DNA of 64,000 bases from Candidatus Latescibacterota bacterium (GTDB taxonomy: Bacteria; Latescibacterota; UBA2968; GCA-2709665). How positions within the stretch are numbered: position 1 is the stretch's first letter; each line of letters begins with the position of its first letter. The notes under the pieces were generated by a model. That model saw only the letters and a list, made by a program, of their open reading frames with translations. It was not told where the DNA came from and did not search any database. The stretch spans positions 32,001 through 96,000 of the forward strand of contig CAXXJS010000050.1 in assembly GCA_963662665.2 (NCBI GenBank), written 5' to 3'. Below, one piece after another: positions 47,452 through 58,247 of this stretch. The position numbers were made by a program, and so were the translations under genes.

Positions 47452-47910
47452 TCAGACGTCCTCTGTTCTGACACTGCTGTTTGCCACGGCCTGGATCGCC
47501 ATTTTTCCCAGCCGCTGGATATCTTCGGCGATCGTATCGTCCTCCAGGTCGGCAGGGCCGCACCAACGGAAACCCTCCGCCTCGGAGGCGGCCACTTTCA
47601 GGCTGCCCCCCGTCACGCGGGCGAAATAGATCAGGTCTATGTGCTGATGATCGGCGGAAATCTGTTCCAGGAGAATACACTCGGGGCGGCTCAGCACGTC
47701 CACGGTGCCCATCCGGGACCGCGGCGAAAGCAGGGCCACCTCCAGGCCGCATTCTTCCAGGACCTCACGGACGGCCGCATCGCACGGCAGTTCGTCCTTA
47801 TCGATATGCCCGCCCGGCGGAAGCCAAAGCCTGAGCCGCTTGTGAAAAAGCAACAACGTTCTGCCGTCCTGAACGATAAACGTGGTTGCGGTGAAATCTC
47901 GCGTTGTCAT
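47452..47910 (-). CDS. NUDIX hydrolase
   Basis: Nudix box GGHIDKDELPCDAAVREVLEECGL. Confidence 0.92.
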   Translation of the reverse strand: MTTRDFTATTFIVQDGRTLLLFHKRLRLWLPPGGHIDKDELPCDAAVREVLEECGLEVALLSPRSRMGTVDVLSRPECILLEQISADHQHIDLIYFARVTGGSLKVAASEAEGFRWCGPADLEDDTIAEDIQRLGKMAIQAVANSSVRTEDV

Positions 47911-48102
47911 CCTTCCGAATATACCTTGCGTCGTCCATGGGGGAAAGAAAAAAGCGACTGTGATTTGTGTGATTAGAACCTGATTAGCGTGATTGAGGCA
48001 ATGGCGTTTAATAAGAATGGAAAGGATGAACAGGATAAAACCAGCCGCGGCTACGCGTCGTTCAGGCGCAAATAGACGGACGGTGTGGCAGCACATCCGT
48101 AT

Positions 48103-48188
48103 CACTCCCCCCTTGAGGGGGAGTCGCAGAAGCCGAGCCGATCCCTGAGCCTGTCGAAGGGCCGGCGACGGCTGATGCGGTGGGGGGA
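48103..48188. repeat. REP-like composite repeat
   Basis: ACTCCCCCCTTGAGGGGGAGT hairpin with a nested CCCTGAGCCTGTCGAAGGG unit; a related reversed unit lies near 23674. Confidence 0.55.
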
Positions 48189-48299
48189 ATTCAACAACGA
48201 ATGGTGCATGTTTCAGTTTTGGTCGTAATCCTGCCTATCCTGTGCATCCATGTAGTGTATTGTTTTGGGAGGCGGGTAGGGGGTGACGTTAATCTGTGT

Positions 48300-48680
48300 C
48301 TACCAGATGGTCTGTGAATAGAACGCCTGGATTATTGAATTGGAGGTGACGATGGGGCAGGCGTTCAGGCTGGCGGTTGCGACAATGATCCGATCGGCAG
48401 GGTCGCGATGGTCCCAGTCGAGTTCGAGGCTTTTGATCCAGGTCCGCGTGCATACGGGCAGGATATCGATACGGTCGACTTGCTCCAGTTTATCCGTGAA
48501 TTCCTGAATCGAAACCGGAATTAGTAGCTGTTCCTTCTTGACTTTAATACCGATTTCCCATATCGATATGTCGCTCAGGGCAATCCTGTCGTAGTCGGAG
48601 ATCGCCTGTTCGGCAGCCTGAGACAGCCGATCCGGATCCAGTGTCCAGAACACAAGGGCCGACGTGTCCAACAGGACCAT
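48300..48680 (-). CDS. vapC: VapC/PIN-domain toxin
   Basis: LLDTSAL, SIWEI, HRDPADRIIVATA. Confidence 0.9.
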   Translation of the reverse strand: MVLLDTSALVFWTLDPDRLSQAAEQAISDYDRIALSDISIWEIGIKVKKEQLLIPVSIQEFTDKLEQVDRIDILPVCTRTWIKSLELDWDHRDPADRIIVATASLNACPIVTSNSIIQAFYSQTIW

Positions 48681-48910
48681 CACAGGTCAGTCCATTCATC
48701 GGTGGTTGGCAAATTGACGTCTTCGCGGTAGATCGCGCCCCCCTGAATGGCGCCGAACACCTCTTCTACGGTCTTTTTTGGTTCAATAGGCTGAATGCGC
48801 AAAACCGGCCGCCTTCGATCCGTGACAATCAGTTCTTCGCCGGTTTTCTCAAGCTCGCGAAAGACTCGTAGCATATTGGCTTTCAGCTTGCTCTTCGAAA
48901 TGGATTGCAT
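48680..48910 (-). CDS. Phd/YefM family antitoxin
   Basis: ISKSKLKANMLRVFRELEKTGEELIVTDRRRPV; coupled to vapC. Confidence 0.88.
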   Translation of the reverse strand: MQSISKSKLKANMLRVFRELEKTGEELIVTDRRRPVLRIQPIEPKKTVEEVFGAIQGGAIYREDVNLPTTDEWTDL

Positions 48911-48932
48911 GCGTTCTCCCAGGCTGAATAAG

Positions 48933-48956
48933 TGACTATAGTCATAACCATAGTCA
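48933..48956. promoter_or_regulatory. Probable TA autorepression operator
   Basis: Perfect palindrome TGACTATAGTCA followed by the degenerate copy TAACCATAGTCA. Confidence 0.6.
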
Positions 48957-49202
48957 TTATACACAGAAATAAAATTCCTGTCAACGAATTGTCTTACATA
49001 GTTTGACAGGGTTAACAAGATATATTGGCATTTTGCCACGAGGCTCGAAATTTGGGTCGTTTATATTATCGGCTGAATCTGGTTTTTCCGGATGCTATAC
49101 TGACTATCCCGAGCATCCATGTTTCCCACGTCTTCACGCGGGCCGGTAGCCGAATGCTGGCGCGCGGCCAACCGCTACCGCCATTTGTGACAACACCACT
49201 AA

Positions 49203-49393
49203 CCTTGATTAGTAATTCTTCGGGGAAGTAAAACCGAATATATGCAAGTAGATAAAGGCGATTTGACTTCGGATTACCAGGATACACCAGGTCACTGGAC
49301 GTGAATTGAAAAAACGTCCTTTTTGACGACCGTTACGCCCCGTTTCAGGGGTTTTCGTCGCGTCGCCTTGTTGCTGTTTTTTTCGAATTGGGG
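49203..49393. mobile_element. MITE-A copy 2 (uninterrupted, 191 bp)
   Basis: CTAA at 49199-49202 and 49394-49397; about 91% ungapped identity to copy 1 by manual count; ends CCTTGATTAGTAA / revcomp CCCCAATTCGAAA. Confidence 0.87.
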
Positions 49394-49585
49394 CTAATCG
49401 CGCAGCCGGAACTTGATTTCGTCTACAGAAGCCGTCTCGAGGAACGATTCCAGTTCTTTCTTCAGGTTTTCCTTCGATTCGGCTATCGTGTTCCCCTGGC
49501 TCGCGATATCCAACTCTGGACAGAGCGCGACGTACCCTTCGCCGACTCGCTCAATAAATGCCGTCAACTGCCTTGCCATCACCAA
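49394..49585 (-). CDS. hicB: HicB family antitoxin-like protein
   Basis: IERVGEGYVALCPELDIASQGNTIAESKENL. Confidence 0.8.
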   Translation of the reverse strand: MVMARQLTAFIERVGEGYVALCPELDIASQGNTIAESKENLKKELESFLETASVDEIKFRLRD

Positions 49586-49979
49586 CTCCGATCGGTCGAA
49601 ACCGATTCTCCAACACGGATATACAGGATGTACAGGATTATAACCCTCGAAAACCAGCTAACCCTGTGTACAGCCGCTGAGGGGTGCCGCTAATTTACAG
49701 ACGCCCGAACACCGTCATGGATTCACTGGAAATTCCCAAAAAAAAACCATCAGAACAGAGATGGACAGGATAAACGGGGCAACACACAGTCGAATCAATA
49801 CCTGCTCAACGAAAAAAGTGTTCCGGAAGTAAGGGATTTTAGCCCTGATCGAACGATGAACATCGAAGGGCTGCACGTCCGCTGCAAGAATTGCCAACGG
49901 ACTTTTGATTTTGTCCTGCCTATCCTGCCTGTGGGTACGCACGCAGACAGGTGCAACCATGTTCCCCTATTTCAATTCT

Positions 49980-50162
49980 TCAATGCAACCGTTGCTTGAT
50001 CTCAGAATCTGAGGCCGTCTCCAGGAACAACTCCAGCGCCTCTTTCAAATTATCCCTTGCTTCCGACACGGCTGTTCCCTGACTGGCGACGTACAGCTCA
50101 GGGCAGCGTGCGACGAAGCCGTCGTCTTCACGTTCGATAATCCTTGTCAGTTGCCGTGTCAT
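49980..50162 (-). CDS. hicB: HicB family antitoxin-like protein
   Basis: IEREDDGFVARCPELYVASQG..EARDNLKEAL. Confidence 0.8.
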   Translation of the reverse strand: MTRQLTRIIEREDDGFVARCPELYVASQGTAVSEARDNLKEALELFLETASDSEIKQRLH

Positions 50163-50279
50163 CGCAAGCTCCCGACATGCGGATTACGTAGCTTCGCGGT
50201 TTGTTTCATCCTTCGCTTTTGCAGTCGACGTTAATCACAGTCCATCATTTTAATCATACGAATCACAGGCCTATCCTGT

Positions 50280-50894
<615 letters not shown>

Positions 50895-51205
50895 CAAGCG
50901 ACCCCCTTCTCTTCGCCAGAGTCAACACCACCAAACATGGATGGACAGGATTATAACTAAAAGAGACACTAAGACTATTCAAACATGGGCATCAATTTAC
51001 CAGCTTTTCAGTCCGTCTTCTCAGATCCGAAAACTGTCACGTCGTCATCCGTTTTCGCCCGAGCCATGCTGTACCCCGTCTGAATGGTTCTACCGCTTTT
51101 CTGGCCTTTTGCCTTTATCCTGCCTATCCTGCCTGCCTGTGCGTGTGGCACGCACGCAGACAGGTCTATCCATGTTCCCCTGCATCAATCCTCGATGGTC
51201 TTTTG

Positions 51206-51703
51206 CTACCAACCTCCAACCTGAGTCCGGTCCACGACATCCCGTGTCAGGATCTCGAACGCCGCGCCGAGGCCCTCCAGGCGGGCTTCTTCGCGATGGC
51301 CGGCGGCGCTGTAGATGCCGTATCCCTTCAGGCGTTTCTCCTCCCACAGCAGTTTCTTGTTTTTTACGTCGTAGCAACTGACGTCCAGATAGACCGATAT
51401 CTGGAACTGGTCCTCCTGACCCCGGTAGGTGAACGGGTCGTCCCGCACCTCTACAATCGTGCCGCGAAGCACCACGTCGGCACGGTCTTCGTCCATCACG
51501 CGCAGCGCCGCGTCCTGCAGGAACGCCTGGATCAGGCTGTCCGTGAGCGCCTGCTGTATTTCCGGCTCCAGACTCTCATTCTCCATCAGCGGAATGGCCA
51601 CCGAGCGAAAGCCGGAGCCACCTGTCGCGGAGGTCGAATAGTACGCACATCCGCCAAGCCAGAACATCACCAGCATGGCGCAGGGAAGGAGGGAACGCTT
51701 CAA
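51206..51703 (-). CDS. lptE: LptE family LPS-assembly lipoprotein
   Basis: Lipobox LGGC-xY, 'SVAIPLMENES', 'ADVVLRGTI', 'KKLLWE'. Confidence 0.75.
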   Translation of the reverse strand: MKRSLLPCAMLVMFWLGGCAYYSTSATGGSGFRSVAIPLMENESLEPEIQQALTDSLIQAFLQDAALRVMDEDRADVVLRGTIVEVRDDPFTYRGQEDQFQISVYLDVSCYDVKNKKLLWEEKRLKGYGIYSAAGHREEARLEGLGAAFEILTRDVVDRTQVGGW

Positions 51704-52188
51704 TCCGATTCCTCCGTCGCGTCTCCGGATTCCTCCTCGGTCGCCTCGGTGGACGCTTCTTCCTTCGGTGCTTCCGCGGACGCCTCCTGCTCCGGCGCCT
51801 CGGCTTCGGCGCTTTCGGCGGCATCGTCGCCGCTTTCCTCCGCGGCTGCTTCGCCGTCGGCCGTTGGCGCCTCGGCCTCATCGCCGGGTGCTTCCGTCTC
51901 GTCAGGCACCTTGTTCACTTCGTCGATGTAGTTCATTCTCAATTCGTACAGCGCGTGCTCGAGAAACTTCTGTTCGTTGTCGCTGAGATTGCCCTTCGTT
52001 TTCGCCTGCAGCATGCCCAGGATGTCAATCGTGTTTTTCGCCTGGGCAAGGTCCCGTTCCACCTTGTTGGACGCAGGGTTCATCACCTTGCCAAGATGCT
52101 GCCAGGCCGCCCCCTGAAACATCAGTACGATCTGCGTAAACAGAAACTCGTTTATCTGCTCCTGGGTAATGGGTTCACTTTCAGCCAT
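51700..52188 (-). CDS. DUF1844 domain protein with a long acidic tail
   Basis: HLGKVMNP..DLAQAKNTIDILGMLQAKTKGNL..ELRMNY. Confidence 0.8.
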   Translation of the reverse strand: MAESEPITQEQINEFLFTQIVLMFQGAAWQHLGKVMNPASNKVERDLAQAKNTIDILGMLQAKTKGNLSDNEQKFLEHALYELRMNYIDEVNKVPDETEAPGDEAEAPTADGEAAAEESGDDAAESAEAEAPEQEASAEAPKEEASTEATEEESGDATEESD

Positions 52189-52391
52189 GTGGATAACCTC
52201 CTTTGGATAAATGATTTAAGCACTTCGTGGCCATGTATCTACAAGACTTGAATCAATAAGAGTAAGACGGAAGAGGGGAGAGGGGAGAGATCGCCTGCCT
52301 TGTAATGTTTCATCTCAGGCCGCAGGCAAGTCGGAGGCACAAATCGGGCAAGGATTTCCTCTACCGTCTCACGTCTCCCTTCTCCCCGACT

Positions 52392-53045
52392 TCAGGTTTT
52401 TCCGCTACCGTCTCCCGTCTCCCCGTTTAACGCGGCTGTCAGCCGCGCGATCGCCGTTTCAGCGTTCGCCCACCCTCGTACAATGTCCATCTGCCGCTCC
52501 CCGTGTTTCACGACCACGCTTGGAAACTCCCGGACGCCCATCGAGCGGCGAAGGTTGAAGCCTTCCTGCAATTCCGCCTCTATCTCAGGTGATCTGATGT
52601 CCCGCTCAAACCGGTCCGCGTCCAGCGGCGGCGAAAGCGATCCGGCAATCGCGGTCAGCGTCTCAATATCCGAGGGGTTCCGCGCCTCCCGGTAATACGC
52701 ACGCTGGATGGCGTCGAACATATCTGGCACGGCGTCCACTCGCTGCGCCCTCGCCGCCAGCACCGCGCGGCAGGCGGGGTAGGTCGACCGGCGGGGATCG
52801 CATTCGCGCCAGAAGTCCCAGTTGAATTCCGCCCCGGTCGCTGCCGCGACTTCCCGCCAGTTCCGCTTAACGTACTCACGTGTCTCCTCGGGCATCGGTT
52901 CGTTCGAATCCCTTGCCAGACCGCCCATCACGTACACCGTCTGAACAGCCTCCGGAAGGGCCGAAACGATCTCCCGCAGCACCGGCCTGAACCCCCAGCA
53001 CCACGAACACATCGGGTCTGCCACGTAATAGAGTCGTTGGTCCAT
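52392..53045 (-). CDS. DsbA/FrnE-like thioredoxin-fold protein
   Basis: DPMCSWCWGF, TYPACRAV, GVREFP. Confidence 0.88.
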   Translation of the reverse strand: MDQRLYYVADPMCSWCWGFRPVLREIVSALPEAVQTVYVMGGLARDSNEPMPEETREYVKRNWREVAAATGAEFNWDFWRECDPRRSTYPACRAVLAARAQRVDAVPDMFDAIQRAYYREARNPSDIETLTAIAGSLSPPLDADRFERDIRSPEIEAELQEGFNLRRSMGVREFPSVVVKHGERQMDIVRGWANAETAIARLTAALNGETGDGSGKT

Positions 53046-53320
53046 TTTTCGCTCCCTGGCAAAGAGGCGACGGGCACTTTCAGCGGGCTGTTAAGGTACA
53101 ATATTAAAGACGCGGGTTGAAAAAGGCAAGCGTATCGATCCTGTCTGAATCCGCGCGGCGACGATTTAGTGCGCCTTTCCGGCGGCGCGATAGAATCCGC
53201 TTGCGCTGGTGCGATGATTATTTGTACTTTCATCCCCGCTGAATTTGCCAGCCTCCGTCCCGTGCGGGAATCCGGTAGCGGGACCTCGAAATCGGAAAAC
53301 ACACAAAAAGGAGGTCGCCC

Positions 53321-53785
53321 GTGAACGTGGAAGTCACAATTAACGGCGAGCGCCACAGCCACGACGTGGAGCCCAGGCTGCTGCTTGTGCATTATCTGCG
53401 CGACGTTTTGGGCCTCACAGGCACCCACGTTGGCTGCGAAACCAGCCTCTGCGGCGCCTGTACCGTGATGCTCAACGGGCAGGCGGTCAAATCCTGTACA
53501 TTGCTCACGGTACAGGCCAACGGCGCCGAAATCACCACCATCGAAGGCCTGGCCGAAAATGGCGAGCTTCACCCGGTCCAGGAGGGCTTCTGGGAGTGCC
53601 ACGGCCTGCAGTGCGGCTTCTGCACCCCCGGGATGATTATTGCCGCCCACCAGTTGCTGGAGCGCAACTCACGGCCCACCGAGGCGCAGATTCGGCGCGG
53701 CATCGAGGGCAACCTCTGCCGCTGCACCGGGTACCAGCACATTGTGGACGCCGTCCAGTACGCAGCCAGGAAAATGAGATCCTAA
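53321..53785 (+). CDS. coxS: CoxS-like 2Fe-2S subunit
   Basis: [27 protein letters not shown]. Confidence 0.92.
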   Translation: MNVEVTINGERHSHDVEPRLLLVHYLRDVLGLTGTHVGCETSLCGACTVMLNGQAVKSCTLLTVQANGAEITTIEGLAENGELHPVQEGFWECHGLQCGFCTPGMIIAAHQLLERNSRPTEAQIRRGIEGNLCRCTGYQHIVDAVQYAARKMRS

Positions 53786-53798
53786 GAGGAGGTCTTCC

Positions 53799-56129
53799 AT
53801 GCCTGTCAGCAAATCAGTAGGCGCGAGAATCAAGCGCAGGGAAGATCCCCGGCTGATTCAGGGCCTTGCGCAGTACGTAGACGACATTCAAATGCCCGGA
53901 ACGCTGCACGTGGCCGTCCTGCGCAGTCCGTACGGACACGCGCACATCCGGAGCATCGACACCGCCGCCGCTGCGGATCACCCAGGGGTAGTCGCCGTGG
54001 TGACCGGCGACGATCTCAAAGATAATATCGGCACCATTCCATGCGCCACCACCGACCCCGAAGCTTTTCCCGGCATCCAGGTTCCGGAGCATCCGGTCCT
54101 GGCCCATGGCAAAGTGCGGTTCGTCGGGGAACCGGTTGCGGCCGTTGTGGCCGACAGTCCCTACACCGCCAGTGACGCGGCCGAACTCATCGAGGTCGAC
54201 TACGACCCGCTCGACGCCGTCAACTCCGCGGAGTCCGCGCTGAGTGAAGGCGCACCCATTCTGCACGAACAGTTCGGCAGCAACCAGGCCTTCACCTGGG
54301 CTATTGCCGGCGGCGACATCGACGATGCATTCGCCCAGGCCGACCGCGTGGTCAAACAGCGTTTCGACCACCAGCGCCTGGTGCCCAATCCGCTGGAAAC
54401 CCGCGGCGTGGTCGCACGGTTTGAGCCCGGCCGCGGCAAACTCACGGTCTGGTCCTCTACCCAGATCCCGCATCTGCTCAAGACCCAGTTGTCGGTGATT
54501 CTCAACCGGCCGGAGCAACTCGTCCAGGTCATCGCCCCTGAAGTGGGCGGCGGGTTCGGCTGCAAACTGAACGTGTACGCCGAGGAAGCCCTGGTCGGTC
54601 ACCTCGCGATCCAGCTAAAAAAGCCGGTCAAGTGGATCGAGAGCAGGCGGGAGAACTTCCTTCACACGATCCACGGCCGCGACCAGGTAGGCGACGTGGA
54701 GATCCCCGTAAAAAACGACGGGACCATCCTGGGTCTCAAATACTCCGTGCAGGCCGACGTGGGCGCCTATTATCAGTTGCTCACACCGGCAATTCCAACC
54801 CTCACGGGATTGATGCTCTGCGGCTGTTACAAGTTCCAGAACGTCTCCATGGAACTTACCGCCGCGTTTACCAACAAAATGTCCACCGATGCCTACCGGG
54901 GGGCGGGAAGGCCGGAGGCCACTTACCTCATCGAACGCATGCTGGACTGCGTGGCCTTCGATCTGGACATGGATCCCCTGGAGGTCCGCCGCAGGAACTT
55001 TATCGGCAAGGACGAATTCCCCTTCACCACCGGTACGGCCGTTGCGTACGACAGCGGCGACTACGACATTGCACTGAACAAGGCGCTCAGGAAGATCGAT
55101 TACGAGGGATTCCGCAAGGAGCAGGCGGAAGCCCGCGAACAGGGCCGGTACCTGGGGCTGGGCTTCTCAACCTACGTTGAAATCTGCGGGATGGGCCCCT
55201 CGGCGGCCATGCCGGCAGGCGGCTGGGAAAGCGGCACCGTGCGCGTGGACCCCACGGGCACGGTCACCGTTCTCACCGGCGTCTCGCCCCACGGCCAGGG
55301 CCAGGAAACCACGTTTGCGCAACTCATCGCCGACGGCCTTGGGGTGGACATCGACGACGTGCGGATCATCCACGGCGATACCGAAGCCGTGCAATACGGC
55401 ATCGGGACGTTCGGCTCCCGCGCGACCGCGGTGGGCGGCACGGCCATGGTCATGGCCATGGAAAAGGTTAAGGAAAAAGCCGTCAATATCGCCGCGCATC
55501 TCCTGGAGAGCAATCCGCATGACATCGTCCTCGAAGACGGAAAATACGGCGTAAAGGGCTCGCCCGACCAGGGCGTGACCCTGATGGAAATATCCATGGC
55601 CGCCCACGGGGGCGTGAACCTGCCGCCGGATACCGAGCCGGGTATGGCTGCCACACACTTCTTCGAACCCTCCAACTTCACGTACCCGTTCGGCACCCAT
55701 ATCGCCATCGTGGAAGTGGACGCGGATACCGGCGAAGTGGACATCCTGCGCTATATCGCCGTTGACGACTGCGGCAATATCATCAACCCGCTGATCGTCG
55801 AGGGTCAGATCCACGGGGGCATCGCGCAGGGCCTGGGCCAGGCGCTCTACGAAGAGGCCATCTACGACGAGAGCGGCCAGATGCTCACCGGCTCGTTCAT
55901 GGACTACGCCCTGCCAAAGGCGCACAACTTCCCCCGCTTCGAACTGGACAACACGGTCACGCCCTCTCCTGTGAACCCCATGGGCGTCAAGGGCGTGGGT
56001 GAGGCGGGCACCATCGGCTCAACGCCGTCCATTGTGAATGCGGTGGTCGACGCGCTCAAGCCATTCGGCGTACGTCATATCGATATGCCGCTGCGTCCTG
56101 AAAAACTCTGGAAGCTGATGCAGGGGTAG
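53799..56129 (+). CDS. coxL: Molybdopterin-binding large subunit, form II CoxL-like
   Basis: GGGFG, active-site AYRGAGRPE, GQGQET, KGVGEAG. Confidence 0.9.
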   Translation: MPVSKSVGARIKRREDPRLIQGLAQYVDDIQMPGTLHVAVLRSPYGHAHIRSIDTAAAADHPGVVAVVTGDDLKDNIGTIPCATTDPEAFPGIQVPEHPVLAHGKVRFVGEPVAAVVADSPYTASDAAELIEVDYDPLDAVNSAESALSEGAPILHEQFGSNQAFTWAIAGGDIDDAFAQADRVVKQRFDHQRLVPNPLETRGVVARFEPGRGKLTVWSSTQIPHLLKTQLSVILNRPEQLVQVIAPEVGGGFGCKLNVYAEEALVGHLAIQLKKPVKWIESRRENFLHTIHGRDQVGDVEIPVKNDGTILGLKYSVQADVGAYYQLLTPAIPTLTGLMLCGCYKFQNVSMELTAAFTNKMSTDAYRGAGRPEATYLIERMLDCVAFDLDMDPLEVRRRNFIGKDEFPFTTGTAVAYDSGDYDIALNKALRKIDYEGFRKEQAEAREQGRYLGLGFSTYVEICGMGPSAAMPAGGWESGTVRVDPTGTVTVLTGVSPHGQGQETTFAQLIADGLGVDIDDVRIIHGDTEAVQYGIGTFGSRATAVGGTAMVMAMEKVKEKAVNIAAHLLESNPHDIVLEDGKYGVKGSPDQGVTLMEISMAAHGGVNLPPDTEPGMAATHFFEPSNFTYPFGTHIAIVEVDADTGEVDILRYIAVDDCGNIINPLIVEGQIHGGIAQGLGQALYEEAIYDESGQMLTGSFMDYALPKAHNFPRFELDNTVTPSPVNPMGVKGVGEAGTIGSTPSIVNAVVDALKPFGVRHIDMPLRPEKLWKLMQG

Positions 56130-56229
56130 GCTGTCTGCCCGGCCCATCGGGTGGCGCGAAAAACCGGGCGGCGAACGGTTGAACGCGCTCGCACGGAAGT
56201 TCAAATTTTCGATACCTGGAGAGATTACA

Positions 56230-57096
56230 ATGATTCCTAGCCCATTCGACTATCATGCGCCGAAGACCCTGAGAAAGGCGCTCAGCCTGCTTCAGGAACA
56301 CGGAGACGACGCAAAGATCCTGGCTGGCGGCCACAGCCTCATCCCGCTGATGAAACTGCGGTTCGCCTCTCCGGCAACCCTCATCGACCTTGGCGGCATC
56401 ACGGGTCTGCGGAAGGTCGTGGCCGGAAACGAAACCATTTCGATCGGCGCCCTGGCGACTCACTACGCGGTTGAGAGCCACCGTCTGCTGAAGTCCAGGT
56501 GCGGCCTGCTACCTGAAACCGCCTCGGCAATAGGAGACGTCCAGGTGCGCAATCGCGGCACGGTAGGCGGCAGCCTGGTCCACGCGGACCCGGCTGCAGA
56601 CTGGCCCGCCACGATGCTGGCGTTGAACGCCGAACTCGACGTCTCCGGCCCCGATGGCGTGAGGAGCGTTGCCATTGGCGATTTCTTCGAAGATCTGCTC
56701 ACCACCGCCATTGGCGACGACGAAATCCTCACCCGGGTCCGCATCGCCACGCCGCCGGACAACTCGGGCGGTGCGTACGTCAAGATGCACCAGTCCGCCT
56801 CGGGATTCGCTATCTGCGGCGTTGCCGCCCAGGTTACGCGGGACAACGGCAGCTGCGCCTCGGTCGGCGTCGGCGTCACTGGGGTATCGCCGGTGGCTTA
56901 CAGAGCCTCGGCCGTTGAGGCAGCGCTGCAGGGGGGACCGCTCAACGACGAGTCCATCGCGTCGGCAGCCGAATTGGCCGCCGACGGCGTCGAGGAACTC
57001 CAGGAAGACCACCACGCTTCGGGCGACTACCGCGTGCACCTGGCGCGGGTCTATACCCGGCAGGCGCTCACGCTTGCTGCCCAGCGGGCTGCCTGA
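56230..57096 (+). CDS. coxM: CoxM-like FAD subunit
   Basis: AGGHSLIPLMKLR, QVRNRGTVGGS, DPAAD. Confidence 0.92.
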   Translation: MIPSPFDYHAPKTLRKALSLLQEHGDDAKILAGGHSLIPLMKLRFASPATLIDLGGITGLRKVVAGNETISIGALATHYAVESHRLLKSRCGLLPETASAIGDVQVRNRGTVGGSLVHADPAADWPATMLALNAELDVSGPDGVRSVAIGDFFEDLLTTAIGDDEILTRVRIATPPDNSGGAYVKMHQSASGFAICGVAAQVTRDNGSCASVGVGVTGVSPVAYRASAVEAALQGGPLNDESIASAAELAADGVEELQEDHHASGDYRVHLARVYTRQALTLAAQRAA

Positions 57097-57200
57097 CCGC
57101 GTCCGCACTTTGTAACCGTCAAACGCGTGCGTTCGGTTAAGGCGGCCGGGCGCGCGCCCGCACGTACCCACCACCCCCGTAGATTGCGGAGGAAGCGCTC

Positions 57201-57710
57201 TTGAAAATAACGGGCACGCACACCATCAACGCGTCCCGCGAGCGGGTCTTCGGAATACTCACGGACCCCGATGCCCTCGCCAGGTGTATACCGGGCGCCC
57301 GGAAGCTGGAACTTGCCGGCGAGAACACGTACGAACTGGAAATCAACGCCGGCGTAGGACCCATTAAGGGCAGTTACAGCGGCACGGTCCGGCTGGAAGA
57401 CCTGAATCCGCCCGAATGCTATCGAATGATCGTCGACGCGAAGGGCAAGACCGGGTTTGTCAAAGGTGAGGGCAGTATCGATCTCGCAACCGAAGGCGAC
57501 GGTACCCAGGTCTCGTACAGCGGCAACGTGCAACTGGGCGGCCCCGTTGCGGCCGTGGGCCAGCGGCTGCACATGAGCGTTTCGAAGATGATGACGCGGC
57601 AGCTGTTCGGCGCTATAGAGGCCGAGGCCAATGCCACTCCCGGCGAAACCGTGAAGCACGGCATCCTGCGGGACTATCTCCGCGGCAAGAGGCCGGGCGC
57701 CGGACAATAG
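57201..57710 (+). CDS. coxG: CoxG family (SRPBCC) protein
   Basis: LTDPDALARCIPG, VGPIKG, GGPVAAVGQRL. Confidence 0.88.
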   Translation: MKITGTHTINASRERVFGILTDPDALARCIPGARKLELAGENTYELEINAGVGPIKGSYSGTVRLEDLNPPECYRMIVDAKGKTGFVKGEGSIDLATEGDGTQVSYSGNVQLGGPVAAVGQRLHMSVSKMMTRQLFGAIEAEANATPGETVKHGILRDYLRGKRPGAGQ

Positions 57711-57774
57711 CGGTTCCCGTCCGGACCGGCTGAGATAACCAAAAACGCGCGAGTTCTGCAATCCGGAATCCCGT

Positions 57775-58140
57775 ATGCCCCATATCAACTGGAACGACGT
57801 CCCCGTCAACGACCTGGCGCCCGGCGTGCGAATCCGCGCGCCCTATGGCGAAAACCTCATGATCTCCCTGCTGGAAATGGATGAGGGTGCGGTCGTGCCG
57901 CTGCACCATCACCCCCACGAACAGGGCGGCATCATGCTCGAGGGGCGGGTCGAACTCACGATTGGGGACGTTACCCGTACGGTTGAGAAGGACGCCGCGT
58001 ATCTCATTCCGCCCAATGTGCCCCATCGCGCGGTTGCCGTGGACGGTCCCGCCGTTGTGCTGGACATCTTCAGCCCCGTCCGGGAAGACTACGTGGAACT
58101 GGGCAACCGCTACATCCCGCCTGACGACGCGCCCGGATAA
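57775..58140 (+). CDS. Cupin domain protein
   Basis: PLHHHPHEQ, IPPNVPH, DIFSPVREDY. Confidence 0.9.
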   Translation: MPHINWNDVPVNDLAPGVRIRAPYGENLMISLLEMDEGAVVPLHHHPHEQGGIMLEGRVELTIGDVTRTVEKDAAYLIPPNVPHRAVAVDGPAVVLDIFSPVREDYVELGNRYIPPDDAPG

Positions 58141-58174
58141 ACGCACAGGCCGCCGTGTCGCAGATCGAGAATTG

Positions 58175-58212
58175 AAAAAAACAGAGGGTCGGGAGTGATT
58201 CCCGACCCTCTT
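58175..58212 (-). terminator. Intrinsic terminator
   Basis: A7 then the GAGGGTCGGGA-GTGAT-TCCCGACCCTC hairpin. Confidence 0.75.
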
Positions 58213-58247
58213 CTCGTTCCTCCGCGTGGCCCTCATCCCTCTTCATT

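Noticed and set aside
48300-50200. Integron cassette array for the TA genes
   Set aside because: No recognisable attC (RYYYAAC..GTTRRRY) structures and no intI
53799-56129. Bona fide aerobic CO dehydrogenase
   Set aside because: Lacks the form I AYXCSFR motif and the M-S-L gene order
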